This document shows, piece by piece, positions 1 through 8,551 of a stretch of DNA of 64,000 bases. The stretch is from Eggerthella lenta DSM 2243 (GTDB taxonomy: Bacteria > Actinomycetota > Coriobacteriia > Coriobacteriales > Eggerthellaceae), in NCBI RefSeq assembly GCF_000024265.1, contig NC_013204.1, positions 978,180 to 1,042,179 of the forward strand, given 5' to 3'. Position numbers and translations under genes: made by a program. Below the pieces are notes generated by a model. The model was not told where the DNA came from. It did not search any database and was given only the letters and a program-made list of their open reading frames with translations. Each line of letters opens with the position of its first letter. Positions within the stretch are counted from its first letter, which is position 1.

Positions 1-3
1 ACG

Positions 4-375
4 GTGCCGTTCACGGCAGCTTCGAAAAGAAAGGCCGTGAACATCATGTCCAACGGAACAAAGAAGAACATCGAGATCATCATCCCGTCCTCGCTCGACG
101 ACGAAGGCGCGCGCATGCTCGTCATCCCGCTGCTGCGCGAGCCGGTGCTCATGCAGGACGTGTACCAGCCCGATCAGGTGATGAAACTGCTGCGAATCAG
201 CAAGCCTCGTTTCTACGAGCTCACCGATCTTAAGCAGCGCAACCCGCTGCCTACGCACAACTACGGCCCGGGCAAGCGCGGCACGATCATCTTGCGCGAG
301 GAACTCGTCGAATGGATCGCGTCGCTGCCCAAGGGCATCGGCAACGGCAAGCCAGGCGAGCCGCATGAAGATTAG
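4..375 (+). CDS. Hypothetical protein with an excisionase/AlpA-like HTH segment; the ORF runs to the window start, so the 5' end may lie outside the window.
   Basis: ORF open to position 4. Motif VMKLLRISKPRFYELT..RGTIILREELVEWI resembles small phage/ICE DNA-binding proteins. Confidence 0.35.
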   Translation: MPFTAASKRKAVNIMSNGTKKNIEIIIPSSLDDEGARMLVIPLLREPVLMQDVYQPDQVMKLLRISKPRFYELTDLKQRNPLPTHNYGPGKRGTIILREELVEWIASLPKGIGNGKPGEPHED

Positions 376-517
376 CCTTCACCCACAAAACCCCAGAGAA
401 CCCGAACGACGGCTCGCCGCGCCATCACGGCATCCCTTGCTGTTTCAATGCGTCCCAGTGATATCGCCCGTTGGCCAAGCAGCTGCAACAGCGGTCAACC
501 AGAACGAAAGGAAAGCA

Positions 518-766
518 ATGGAAAGCAAGAACGCCGAACGGCTGCAGCAGGCAGGGCGTCCGGGCGCGGCGGAGCCCTCGGGCCCCATGCCGCCCCTGTA
601 CACCGTGACAGAGGTCGCGGACTACCTGCACGTGAGCCGCTCGACAGTGTACCGCCTCATCGAGGACGGGAGCCTGCGCGGCACCCGCATCGGGCAGGCG
701 CTGCGTTTCACTCCGGACAACATCCGCGAGCTCATCGCGCTCGGCTCCGTCGACCGGGGCGCCTAA
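518..766 (+). CDS. Excisionase-family helix-turn-helix DNA-binding protein.
   Basis: Internal Met at residue 52 of ORF 365..766. TVTEVADYLHVSRSTVYRLIEDGSLRGTRIGQALRFTPDNIREL is a classic excisionase-family HTH. High GC3. Confidence 0.6.
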   Translation: MESKNAERLQQAGRPGAAEPSGPMPPLYTVTEVADYLHVSRSTVYRLIEDGSLRGTRIGQALRFTPDNIRELIALGSVDRGA

Positions 767-769
767 CGC

Positions 770-1270
770 ATGGGTGCAGCCCGCGGCATCGAGGGCTCGT
801 TCGTCGTCGTCCATGAGTTCATGGCGAAAGGGCTCGGCCTGAAGGGCAACGACCTCATCGTCTACGCGAGGATCTTCGGCTTCGCCAACGCCGGAAAGCC
901 CTACTTCGAGAGCAAAGCCGGCTCGGCTGGCTTCTGCGGCATCAGCAAGCGAGCGGCGTTCTCCGTCGTCTCGCGGCTGAAGGCGCGCGGGCTCATCGAG
1001 GAGGTCGAGCCGTGCGACGAGGCGAAAAGAATAGGCAGCCGGTGCTATGTCCCGGCGAGAGAGCCCCTCTCCGCCCTCGGCATCATCTTCGCGACCGATG
1101 AAGAACCTGCATATGCGCAAGACGCCGCCGATGAAGAACCTGCACTACTGCCTTCTGCAACCAGTGAAGGTTCTTCATCCCAGAGAGCATCCCGCGATGA
1201 AGAACCTTCATCGGGATTCCTGCAGAAGCTGCACCCGATAGCAAAGACAGACAACAGCTATTACGAATAG
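770..1270 (+). CDS. Putative replication initiator / replisome organiser (wHTH, DnaD/phage-O-like N-domain); its 3' part carries iteron-like repeats.
   Basis: N-terminal LIVYARIFGFANAGKPYFESKAGSAGFCGISKRAAFSVVSRLKARGLIEEV is a winged-helix of Rep/DnaD-like proteins. It sits immediately upstream of a DnaC-like loader. The C-terminal half is acidic and low-complexity and encodes the repeats. Confidence 0.55.
   Translation: MGAARGIEGSFVVVHEFMAKGLGLKGNDLIVYARIFGFANAGKPYFESKAGSAGFCGISKRAAFSVVSRLKARGLIEEVEPCDEAKRIGSRCYVPAREPLSALGIIFATDEEPAYAQDAADEEPALLPSATSEGSSSQRASRDEEPSSGFLQKLHPIAKTDNSYYE
1097..1208. repeat. Iteron-like 12-bp repeats GATGAAGAACCT: direct copies at 1097, 1130 and 1197, and an inverted copy at 1168. 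Candidate replication origin inside the rep gene.
   Basis: Exact 12-mers read in the sequence. Direct copies are spaced 33 and 67 bp apart, which is about 3 and 6 helical turns. Confidence 0.6.
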
Positions 1271-1284
1271 AAAGAAGACACGAT

Positions 1285-2079
1285 ATGGACGAGGAGAGCA
1301 CTTTCAGGCTCTACACGAAGGAAGAGGCCGATGCGAGGGGCATAGGCTACGACTCCCAAGTTGAGATCCGCTGCCCGCACTGCGGCGAGCCGTACGAGCA
1401 GCAGGGCTTCATCGGGCGCGCGGGCCGAATCGCCTGGGTCACCCACAGGGAATGCCAATGCGAGGGCGCAGTCGCCGAGCGCGAGCAGGCCCGACAGGCC
1501 GAAGCGGAGGCGAAGCGGATGGAATCCCAGCGCCGACTCAAGCGCTGCGGGGTCCCGCGACGCTACATGTCCGCCCAGATCAGCGTGCCGGAGGCGGCAA
1601 GGTACGTCGTCGGGTTCGGCAGCGCCGGGGACAAGGGCCTCTACATCGTCGGCGGCGTGGGGACTGGAAAGACCTACGAGGCCTGCGCGCTCGCGAAGTC
1701 GTTCATCGAAGCGGGCTACACCGTGCGCGTGACGACGTCGCTCGCAATGCTGGACTCGGTGAGCCGAAGCTACGACGACCCGTCGATAGCCGGCATCTCA
1801 ATTTTCACCGGGGTCGACGTCCTCGTGATCGACGACCTCGGCAAGGAGAACGCCAACGCGTGGGCGCTCACGACCCTGTTCCAGATCATCAACTCACGCT
1901 ACGAGGACGGCAAGCCGACCATCTACACGTCGCAGTACGACCTGCAATCGCTCCAACGCCGCATGTCGCGCCAGCACGAATCCGAGAGCGCCGAGGCCAT
2001 CGTGTCCCGCATCTGCGAGACAAGCACGATCGTCCAGCTCGGCGGGAAGGACCGCCGCCGGAGCGCGAAGGCGAAATAA
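1285..2079 (+). CDS. DnaC/IstB-like AAA+ helicase-loader ATPase with an N-terminal Cys/His zinc-binding motif.
   Basis: Walker A YIVGGVGTGKTYEA. Walker B VLVIDDLGKE. IstB/DnaC-type ..TIYTSQYD. CPHCGEP..HRECQCEG at the N-terminus. Confidence 0.75.
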   Translation: MDEESTFRLYTKEEADARGIGYDSQVEIRCPHCGEPYEQQGFIGRAGRIAWVTHRECQCEGAVAEREQARQAEAEAKRMESQRRLKRCGVPRRYMSAQISVPEAARYVVGFGSAGDKGLYIVGGVGTGKTYEACALAKSFIEAGYTVRVTTSLAMLDSVSRSYDDPSIAGISIFTGVDVLVIDDLGKENANAWALTTLFQIINSRYEDGKPTIYTSQYDLQSLQRRMSRQHESESAEAIVSRICETSTIVQLGGKDRRRSAKAK

Positions 2080-2256
2080 GCCTTCACCCGCAATACCCGA
2101 GCGAACCCTAAAACGGCCTTCCCGCAGACAAAGCAAAAGCAATCAGTGTTATCTGGGCGAGCGGGCGGGGTTGGCTGGGCCAAACCAACCACCAGAAGAG
2201 CCGGGCCCGTGCCCCGCCCGCGCAACCGAGTCCCACCGCGAGAGAAAGGCAGGCAT

Positions 2257-2850
2257 ATGGGCGCCACGATTCAGGATTTCGAGCCAAGATCCAAGCCCCT
2301 CGACGAGGAGACGCGCGAGCAGCTCGTCTCCAAATGCCAGGAGAACGGCTGGCTCAAGGTCGGCGGCTACGACTGGCAGGACGACCCGTTTCTCGAGGAA
2401 TATCCCTACGAGTTCATGCGCATCGACGACATCGACGCGCTTCGCGAGCACTTCGGGCGCGGCAACTGGGCGATCCGCCAGGGCGTTGTGTTCGACGACC
2501 TGGCGTTCATCAACCAAGTGAACGGAGGCGACGAGTGGTGGACCCTCAAGCGCGACGGCGAAGAATGGGTGGATTTCGAGTCGACTAGCTTCGCCTACAT
2601 CATCGAGGCGAAGGGCCGCGCCGCGTTCGAGACGCTCGTGCGCTCGATGCAGCTCGCAACGCCGGCGCGATGCAAGACCCTCGACTACTACGACAAGGAC
2701 GCTTCGGCCAAATGGGCCGCGGAGCACAATCCGCGCATCCCCGAGCTCGAACGCCCCCTCGCACAGCGCGCCTCAGATGCCCGCGAAGCCGCATCCGCCC
2801 GAAATGGCCGCGGCCACGTACCGCGCCGCGAGGCCCAGGCCATCGACTAA
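2257..2850 (+). CDS. Hypothetical protein.
   Basis: Internal Met with GAGAGAAAGG RBS-like sequence upstream. High GC3. No recognisable domain. Confidence 0.45.
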   Translation: MGATIQDFEPRSKPLDEETREQLVSKCQENGWLKVGGYDWQDDPFLEEYPYEFMRIDDIDALREHFGRGNWAIRQGVVFDDLAFINQVNGGDEWWTLKRDGEEWVDFESTSFAYIIEAKGRAAFETLVRSMQLATPARCKTLDYYDKDASAKWAAEHNPRIPELERPLAQRASDAREAASARNGRGHVPRREAQAID

Positions 2851-2921
2851 CGAAAACAACCAACAAATCAATCGCTGGGACAGCTTGTCCCAGCGAGGAA
2901 TCCAGAGAAAGGAACCAACCC

Positions 2922-3452
2922 ATGGCAACGGATTTCGGAGACGAGAGCGGCGAGAAGCTGTTCGACTGGATGCTCAGGGTCGGCCAAGAGGCCGGCCAGG
3001 AAGCCCTCGCCAAAAGCGCCAAGGGCCTCGCCGAGGCCATCAGGAGCACGTGCGCCGGCATCGAGAAGAGCGAAGGATCGGGAGGCGCCGCCGCGAAGAC
3101 CACCGAATGGGCGAAGCTCAGCATGCGCGAGTTCGAAGACCTTCCCGAATACGAAACCCTGGCCGACATGATTTCCTCGCAGCTCAAGAAAGAGGGCGTC
3201 GAGCACGCCTTCGCGAACGAGGGCGGAAAGCGCTTCCTCGTGTTCAAGGCGAAAGAGACGCCGTCGGTGGCCCGGGCGTTCAGGCGAATCGAGGAATCCA
3301 TCCCAGAGGCGTGCGAGCGCGCGAAGGGCGTCTTGGCCAAAGGCGAGCCCCTTAAGGAGCGCGCCGCAAGGGCGCGCGCCGCCGCCGAGCAGATCGCCCA
3401 AAAGGCCGACAAGCCCCGCGAGATCGAGATCGCCCAAGCGAGGGCCAAATAA
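2922..3452 (+). CDS. Hypothetical conjugation-associated protein, located upstream of the coupling protein.
   Basis: Internal Met at residue 85 with AGGAACCAACC upstream. Lys/Glu-rich alpha-helical sequence. Its stop overlaps the VirD4 start by 1 nt. Confidence 0.45.
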   Translation: MATDFGDESGEKLFDWMLRVGQEAGQEALAKSAKGLAEAIRSTCAGIEKSEGSGGAAAKTTEWAKLSMREFEDLPEYETLADMISSQLKKEGVEHAFANEGGKRFLVFKAKETPSVARAFRRIEESIPEACERAKGVLAKGEPLKERAARARAAAEQIAQKADKPREIEIAQARAK

Positions 3453-5224
3453 TGGACGCCGCGCTCGTGGCTGCAATAGTGGCAACGCCTGCGGCAACTG
3501 CCACCGCGAACCTCTACGCCGCCAACCTCACGTCGCTTCCAGGAACGCCCATCGAGAACCTGGCGGAAGCGGCGGCGACCCTGCCCTCGTACTTTTTGGC
3601 CGGAGGTGGCTTCTCCGCAGACCCCATCGCCCTCTGCGCTGCGGCCTTGGGCGCCTGCGCGGTGTGGGTCGCCTATGCCAACCATCTCATGGGCAGCGCC
3701 GGCACGCGCAAGGGCGAGGAGCATGGAAGCTCGCGTTGGGCGACTAAAGCCGAGATGCGTGCGTTCGCTGACGCCAAGGACTCCGACAACAACATCATCC
3801 TGACGCAGAACTGTGCCCTCGCCCTCGTGCCGAGGAGGTTCGACCAGAAAACGGACCGCAACAAGAACGTCATGGTGGTCGGTGGATCGGGGTCTGGCAA
3901 GACCCGCTATTTTGTCAAGCCTAACCTCCTTCAGATGAACTGCAGCTACTTCGTCACCGACCCGAAGGCCACGCTCGCGGCCGAGCTGCGTGAGGCTTTG
4001 GAATCCGCGGGATACCGGGTCGTCGAGTTCAGCACCATCGACATGAATGGCTCGGCGCACTACAACCCGATCGCGTACGTGAAAAACGAGGCCGACGTGC
4101 TCACCTTTGTGGAATGCCTGATAAGGAACACCTCGGGCGACGGCGAGCACTCCGGCGACCCCTTCTGGGAAGAGGCCGAGCGGCTTCTGTACGTCGCACT
4201 CGTCTCCTACCTGGTGTTTCATTGCCCAGAGGCGGACCGCAACGTGCCGGGTCTGCTCACCCTTTTGGGCTTGGCCGAGGCGCGTGAGGAGGACGAGGAC
4301 TTCAAAAGCCCGCTCGACATCGTCTTCGAGGAGCTCGAACGTGGGGCGTGCTTCACCCAAGTCGGCGCTCGCAATGCGTTCGACGCGGAGAGCCGCGGCT
4401 TCGATGACGCCGCCGGCGCTTGGCGCTGGATCGGGGTCGCGAACCCCGTGAGCGCGCAAGAAGACTTCGCGCTGTCCAACTACAAGGCTTTCAAGACGGC
4501 CGCCGGCAAGACCCTCAAGAGCATCATCATCTCATGCAACGTGCGGCTGAAGCCGCTGTCGGTCAAGGAAGTTTCCGCGCTGCTGAGCCGCGACGAGATG
4601 AGCCTCGGATCAATGGGAGACGCCGGGCAGAAGACATGCGTCTTCGCATCCATGAGCGACACCAACCCGACCTTCAACTTCCTGTTCACGCTGCTCATGT
4701 GGCAGACGGTCGACGCCCTTTGCAATACGGCGCTTGAGCGCCACGGCGGAAGCCTGCCGACCCACGTGCACTTCGTCTTCGACGAGTTCGCGAACATCGG
4801 CGAGCTCCCGAACTTCGAGCAGACTATATCGACTGTGCGAAGCAGGAACATCTCCTGCTCGGTGATAGTTCAGTCGTTCGCGCAGCTTGAGAAGCGCTAC
4901 CGCGAGGGCGCCGAGATCATCAAGGACAACTGCGACACGACGCTGTTCCTTGGCGGCAAGGCGGTGAAGACGAACAAGGAGATCTCCGAGGCGATCGGCA
5001 AGGAGACCGTTTCGGCCATGACCGTGAACGACTCGCGCGGCCAAGGCTCGTCCACCACGCGCAACCGGCAGATCATCGAGCGCGACCTCATGCAGGCAAG
5101 CGAGGTTGGCCGCCTGCCAAGGGACGAGGCGATCGTGCTCATCGCGGGCGCCAACCCCATCCGCGACAAGAAGTACAGGCTCGAAGGGCACCCGCGCTAC
5201 GGGATGCTGGCGAAAGGCAGGTGA
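3452..5224 (+). CDS. Type IV secretion coupling protein (VirD4/TraG/TcpA family).
   Basis: N-terminal TM segments. Walker A VVGGSGSGKTRYFVKPN. HFVFDEFANIG (Walker B) ..SCSVIVQSFAQLEKRY, typical of the TraG/TraD family. Confidence 0.85.
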   Translation: MDAALVAAIVATPAATATANLYAANLTSLPGTPIENLAEAAATLPSYFLAGGGFSADPIALCAAALGACAVWVAYANHLMGSAGTRKGEEHGSSRWATKAEMRAFADAKDSDNNIILTQNCALALVPRRFDQKTDRNKNVMVVGGSGSGKTRYFVKPNLLQMNCSYFVTDPKATLAAELREALESAGYRVVEFSTIDMNGSAHYNPIAYVKNEADVLTFVECLIRNTSGDGEHSGDPFWEEAERLLYVALVSYLVFHCPEADRNVPGLLTLLGLAEAREEDEDFKSPLDIVFEELERGACFTQVGARNAFDAESRGFDDAAGAWRWIGVANPVSAQEDFALSNYKAFKTAAGKTLKSIIISCNVRLKPLSVKEVSALLSRDEMSLGSMGDAGQKTCVFASMSDTNPTFNFLFTLLMWQTVDALCNTALERHGGSLPTHVHFVFDEFANIGELPNFEQTISTVRSRNISCSVIVQSFAQLEKRYREGAEIIKDNCDTTLFLGGKAVKTNKEISEAIGKETVSAMTVNDSRGQGSSTTRNRQIIERDLMQASEVGRLPRDEAIVLIAGANPIRDKKYRLEGHPRYGMLAKGR

Positions 5225-5417
5225 CGATGCCCGGAGAAGGCAAAAGCAGCAGGGCCGGCCCCGAAAGCCGAACCGGGAACGCGAGCTTCCACCCTCGCGC
5301 TCCCAGACCCCACTGCCTCATGCAAAGGAGCGATCCCGCTCCGAACGAAGATTCTACCAGGCGCCGCCCGCCTTCCACAACTGGTGCGGCGCCCAACATG
5401 CAAAGGAGCAACAAACC

Positions 5418-5633
5418 ATGCTATCCCAGATCATCAGCCTGGTATCGGGCTGCGTAACGTTCCTCGGCGGCTTTCTGGTCGTATGGGGCGCGGTCTCGCT
5501 CGGCCTCGCCATCCGCGAGCAGCAGGGCGGCAGCCAGATCGCGAGCGCGATCTCCACCATCGCCGGCGGCGCCATCATCATCGCGGCAGCCGTCTACTTC
5601 GGCATGCTCGACACCAGCTGGCTCCCCGCCTAG
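5418..5633 (+). CDS. Small two-TM membrane protein (Maff2-like conjugation protein).
   Basis: 71 aa. AAAGGAG-like RBS (CAAAGGAGCA) 8 nt upstream. Two hydrophobic helices. Position between coupling protein and VirB4, as in Gram-positive ICEs. Confidence 0.45.
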   Translation: MLSQIISLVSGCVTFLGGFLVVWGAVSLGLAIREQQGGSQIASAISTIAGGAIIIAAAVYFGMLDTSWLPA

Positions 5634-5649
5634 GCCGGGGGCGAAGAGC

Positions 5650-6093
5650 ATGTCGCTTCAAATTCCCATCCAAAAAGACATCGGCGAGTACGACGAGAAG
5701 ATCGTCGGAAAGCTCACCCTAAGGACGCTTTGCTGCCTGGCGCTCGGCTTCTCCGCCGCGGTGGCGGTTGCCGCGGTCCTTCACTTGGGACTCAAGGTCG
5801 ATGTCTCGGCCATGACGCTCCCGATCATGGCGGCAGCCCTGCCGTTCTGGCTCGCGGGGTTCTGCAAGCCCTACGGCTTGCCCTTCGAGAGGTTCGTCCC
5901 GCTGCTGGCGTCCCATGCCCTGAACAATCAGTCACTCACGTATCGCAGCTGCGCGGCAATCGAAAAGGCCGCTCTCATGCCTGAGAGAAAGCCGCGCAAG
6001 AGGACGCGCCGCGAAAAACGCGCGTTCAGGAAGAAAGGAAGTGAAAACTATGAGCCGACAAAGCAAGCAGCGCAGCTCCAAGCGCGAGGATAG
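5650..6093 (+). CDS. PrgI/VirB3-like small membrane protein of the T4SS.
   Basis: Two TM helices (CCLALGFSAAVAVAAVLHL; LPIMAAALPFWLAGF) followed by a basic tail. Lies directly upstream of and overlapping VirB4. Confidence 0.5.
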   Translation: MSLQIPIQKDIGEYDEKIVGKLTLRTLCCLALGFSAAVAVAAVLHLGLKVDVSAMTLPIMAAALPFWLAGFCKPYGLPFERFVPLLASHALNNQSLTYRSCAAIEKAALMPERKPRKRTRREKRAFRKKGSENYEPTKQAAQLQARG

Positions 6094-8551
6094 CACCAAT
6101 AATGTGCGCGTACAGGGCGCGGCGTCGCGCCTGCTCGCCGCGCTGGCCAGCAGGAGGTCGAAGGAAAAGGACCCCGGCCGCGACGAGGCCCGCGCCCGCA
6201 GCAGCAAAAAGCGCTGCTCAAGCGCAGACGCGGCGAGCTTCATCGCCTACGACGCGCTGTACAAAGACGGCATCGCCGAGGTCGAGCCCGGCCTATTCAG
6301 CCAGACCGTCGAATTCTCCGACATCAGCTACCAATCCGCCCGAAAGGAAACCCAAGAGCAGATCTTCACCACGCTGAGCTCGCTCTACAACTACTTTCCG
6401 GCGGAATCGAGCGTGCAGCTGACCATCGTGAACACCCCGATCCCGCGAGAGCTCATCGGGAAGAAGGTGTTCTTCGAGCCGAACGACGAGCGTACCCTGG
6501 GCTACGTCGACGAGTACAACCGAATCCTCAACGACAAGATGTGCGAGGGCGTGTCGAATCTCGTCCGCAGGCGCTTCCTCACGTACTCGGTGCCTGCCGA
6601 GAGCGTGGAGGCTGCTGTGCCCAAGCTCTCGCACATCAGGTCGGACATCGCGTCGACCTTGGCACGCATCCGTTGCGATGCGGCGCCGCTTGGCGGTCAG
6701 GAAAGGCTTGAAGCAATCTCGACGCTCGTTCGCCCGGGGCACACGCCGTCGTGCGACTGGGACAAGCTGTCCCAGCACCCGCGGCTGCGAACGAAGGACC
6801 TTATCGCGCCGAACCTCATGGACTTCGCCCCCGCCGGGCGCGCCGACGCCGTCGAGATAGACGGCATGTACGCCAGCGTGCTCACGCTGCGCGATTTCGG
6901 AAGCGTGCTCGAAGACCACTACCTGGCTTCGATCATCGATCTGCCGATACCGCTAGCCGTGTCGGTGCACATCGCGCCGATCGTGCAGTCGGAGGCGATC
7001 GCGCTCGTCAAGCGCCAGATCGACTGGATGGACAAGGAGATAATCGACGAGCAGACGACGGCGGCGAAGAAGGGCTTCAGCCAATCGATCCTCACGCCAG
7101 AGATCCGCTACGCCAAGGAGGAGGCCGAAGAGCTCCTCGACTTCCTCCGCAACAAGAACGAGCACCTCTTCGAGTACACGGGGCTCATCTACACCTACGC
7201 CGACTCGCTTGAGGCCCTCGACCGCCAGGTCGCGCAGGTGAAGTCCATCGCACAGGGCAACTCCATCGCCGTGGCAAGCCTCGATTTCCGCCAGCGCCCC
7301 GCGCTCAACTCGGTCCTTCCGCTCGGACGAAACCACCTTGAGTTCACGCGCTACCTGACCACGGGACAGATAGCCATGCAGATGCCGTTCGCATCGCTCG
7401 AGCTGAACCAGGAAGGCGGCGGCTACTACGGGCAGTCGAAGCAGTCCGGCAACCTCGTGATCTGCAACAGGAAGCTCCTGGCATCCCCAATGGGGTTCGT
7501 CTGCGGCAAGCCGGGCTCGGGCAAATCGTTCAGCGTCAAGCGAGAGATAACCAACACCGTGCTCGCGCATCCCGAGGACCAGATCATCGTGTTCGACCCG
7601 GCCGGCGAGTACCCGACCCTCATCGAGGCGCTCGGCGGATCGAACATCGCGTTCTCCCCAGATTCGCCCACGCGCTTGAGCCCGTTCGACCGCTCGGACG
7701 TCGCCAACATGGCCACGACCAGCCAGATGGCGTTCAAGATCGACGCCTTCCTGGCCCTTTCGTCGGCGATGATGGCAGAGGGCGACGAGGGTTTGCCGGA
7801 GGCCGACAAGTCGATAATCACGCGCTGCGTCGAGGCGGCCTACGCTAAGCGCGGCGGCGACGGCACCCCGACGCTTTCCGACTTCTATGAAATCTTGAAA
7901 GCCCAGCCCGAGCGGGAGTCCCGCGACATCGCGCTTCGCTACGAGCGCTATGTGAGCGGGCCGCTCTCGTTCTTCAACTGCCAGAGCAACGTCACCTTCG
8001 ACGAGCGCATCGTCAACGTCGACCTCCACGAGCTGTCGAGCAGCATGCGCGTGTTCGGCATGCTCACCGCGCTGGAGGCCGTGCGAAACCGCATGTACGC
8101 GAACTACGAGCGCGGCGTGACTACGTGGCTCTACATCGACGAGGTGCAGTCCCTCTTCGGGCACCCAGCGATCATCGAGTACTTCACGAAGTTCTGGGCG
8201 GAGGGCCGCAAGTTCAACCTCATCGCAACCGGCATCACCCAGAACTCGACCTACATGCTGGCGCACGAGGACGCGCGCAACATGGTGCTGAACTCCGATT
8301 TCGTGCTGCTGCACAAGCAGTCGGCGCTCGACAGGAAGAGCTGGGTCGACCTGCTGTCGCTTTCCGCCACCGAGGCGGGCTACATCGACGACACCGTCAA
8401 GGCCGGCGAAGGGCTGCTCGTGGCCGGCGGGGTGCGGGTCCCCATCCGCGACGACTTCCCGAAGGGCGCGCTCTACGACCTGTTCAACACGAAAGCCACC
8501 GAGATCGCCGAGCTGAAGCGAAAGGCGCGCCGCGAGGGAGCCGGCCTATGA
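6050..8551 (+). CDS. VirB4-family conjugal transfer ATPase (TcpF/Orf16-like).
   Basis: Walker A FVCGKPGSGKSFSV. Walker B TWLYIDEVQSLF. About 830 aa, the typical VirB4 size. Start taken at ATG 6050, with GAAAGGAAG upstream. Confidence 0.85.
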   Translation: MSRQSKQRSSKREDSTNNVRVQGAASRLLAALASRRSKEKDPGRDEARARSSKKRCSSADAASFIAYDALYKDGIAEVEPGLFSQTVEFSDISYQSARKETQEQIFTTLSSLYNYFPAESSVQLTIVNTPIPRELIGKKVFFEPNDERTLGYVDEYNRILNDKMCEGVSNLVRRRFLTYSVPAESVEAAVPKLSHIRSDIASTLARIRCDAAPLGGQERLEAISTLVRPGHTPSCDWDKLSQHPRLRTKDLIAPNLMDFAPAGRADAVEIDGMYASVLTLRDFGSVLEDHYLASIIDLPIPLAVSVHIAPIVQSEAIALVKRQIDWMDKEIIDEQTTAAKKGFSQSILTPEIRYAKEEAEELLDFLRNKNEHLFEYTGLIYTYADSLEALDRQVAQVKSIAQGNSIAVASLDFRQRPALNSVLPLGRNHLEFTRYLTTGQIAMQMPFASLELNQEGGGYYGQSKQSGNLVICNRKLLASPMGFVCGKPGSGKSFSVKREITNTVLAHPEDQIIVFDPAGEYPTLIEALGGSNIAFSPDSPTRLSPFDRSDVANMATTSQMAFKIDAFLALSSAMMAEGDEGLPEADKSIITRCVEAAYAKRGGDGTPTLSDFYEILKAQPERESRDIALRYERYVSGPLSFFNCQSNVTFDERIVNVDLHELSSSMRVFGMLTALEAVRNRMYANYERGVTTWLYIDEVQSLFGHPAIIEYFTKFWAEGRKFNLIATGITQNSTYMLAHEDARNMVLNSDFVLLHKQSALDRKSWVDLLSLSATEAGYIDDTVKAGEGLLVAGGVRVPIRDDFPKGALYDLFNTKATEIAELKRKARREGAGL

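Noticed and set aside
2600-4459. Very long antisense or alternate-frame ORFs across the window, for example 2600..4459(-), 6953..8314(-), 8959..10170(-), 10819..12591(-), 14207..16357(-), 17323..19545(-), 17703..19073(+), 31244..32791(-), 33932..35530(-) and 38590..39726(-).
   Set aside because: They overlap genes with strong family signatures on the other strand or frame. Their translations are Arg/Ala/Gly/Pro-rich low-complexity sequence, typical of stop-codon-poor frames in roughly 65% GC DNA. They lack RBSs and a GC3 bias.
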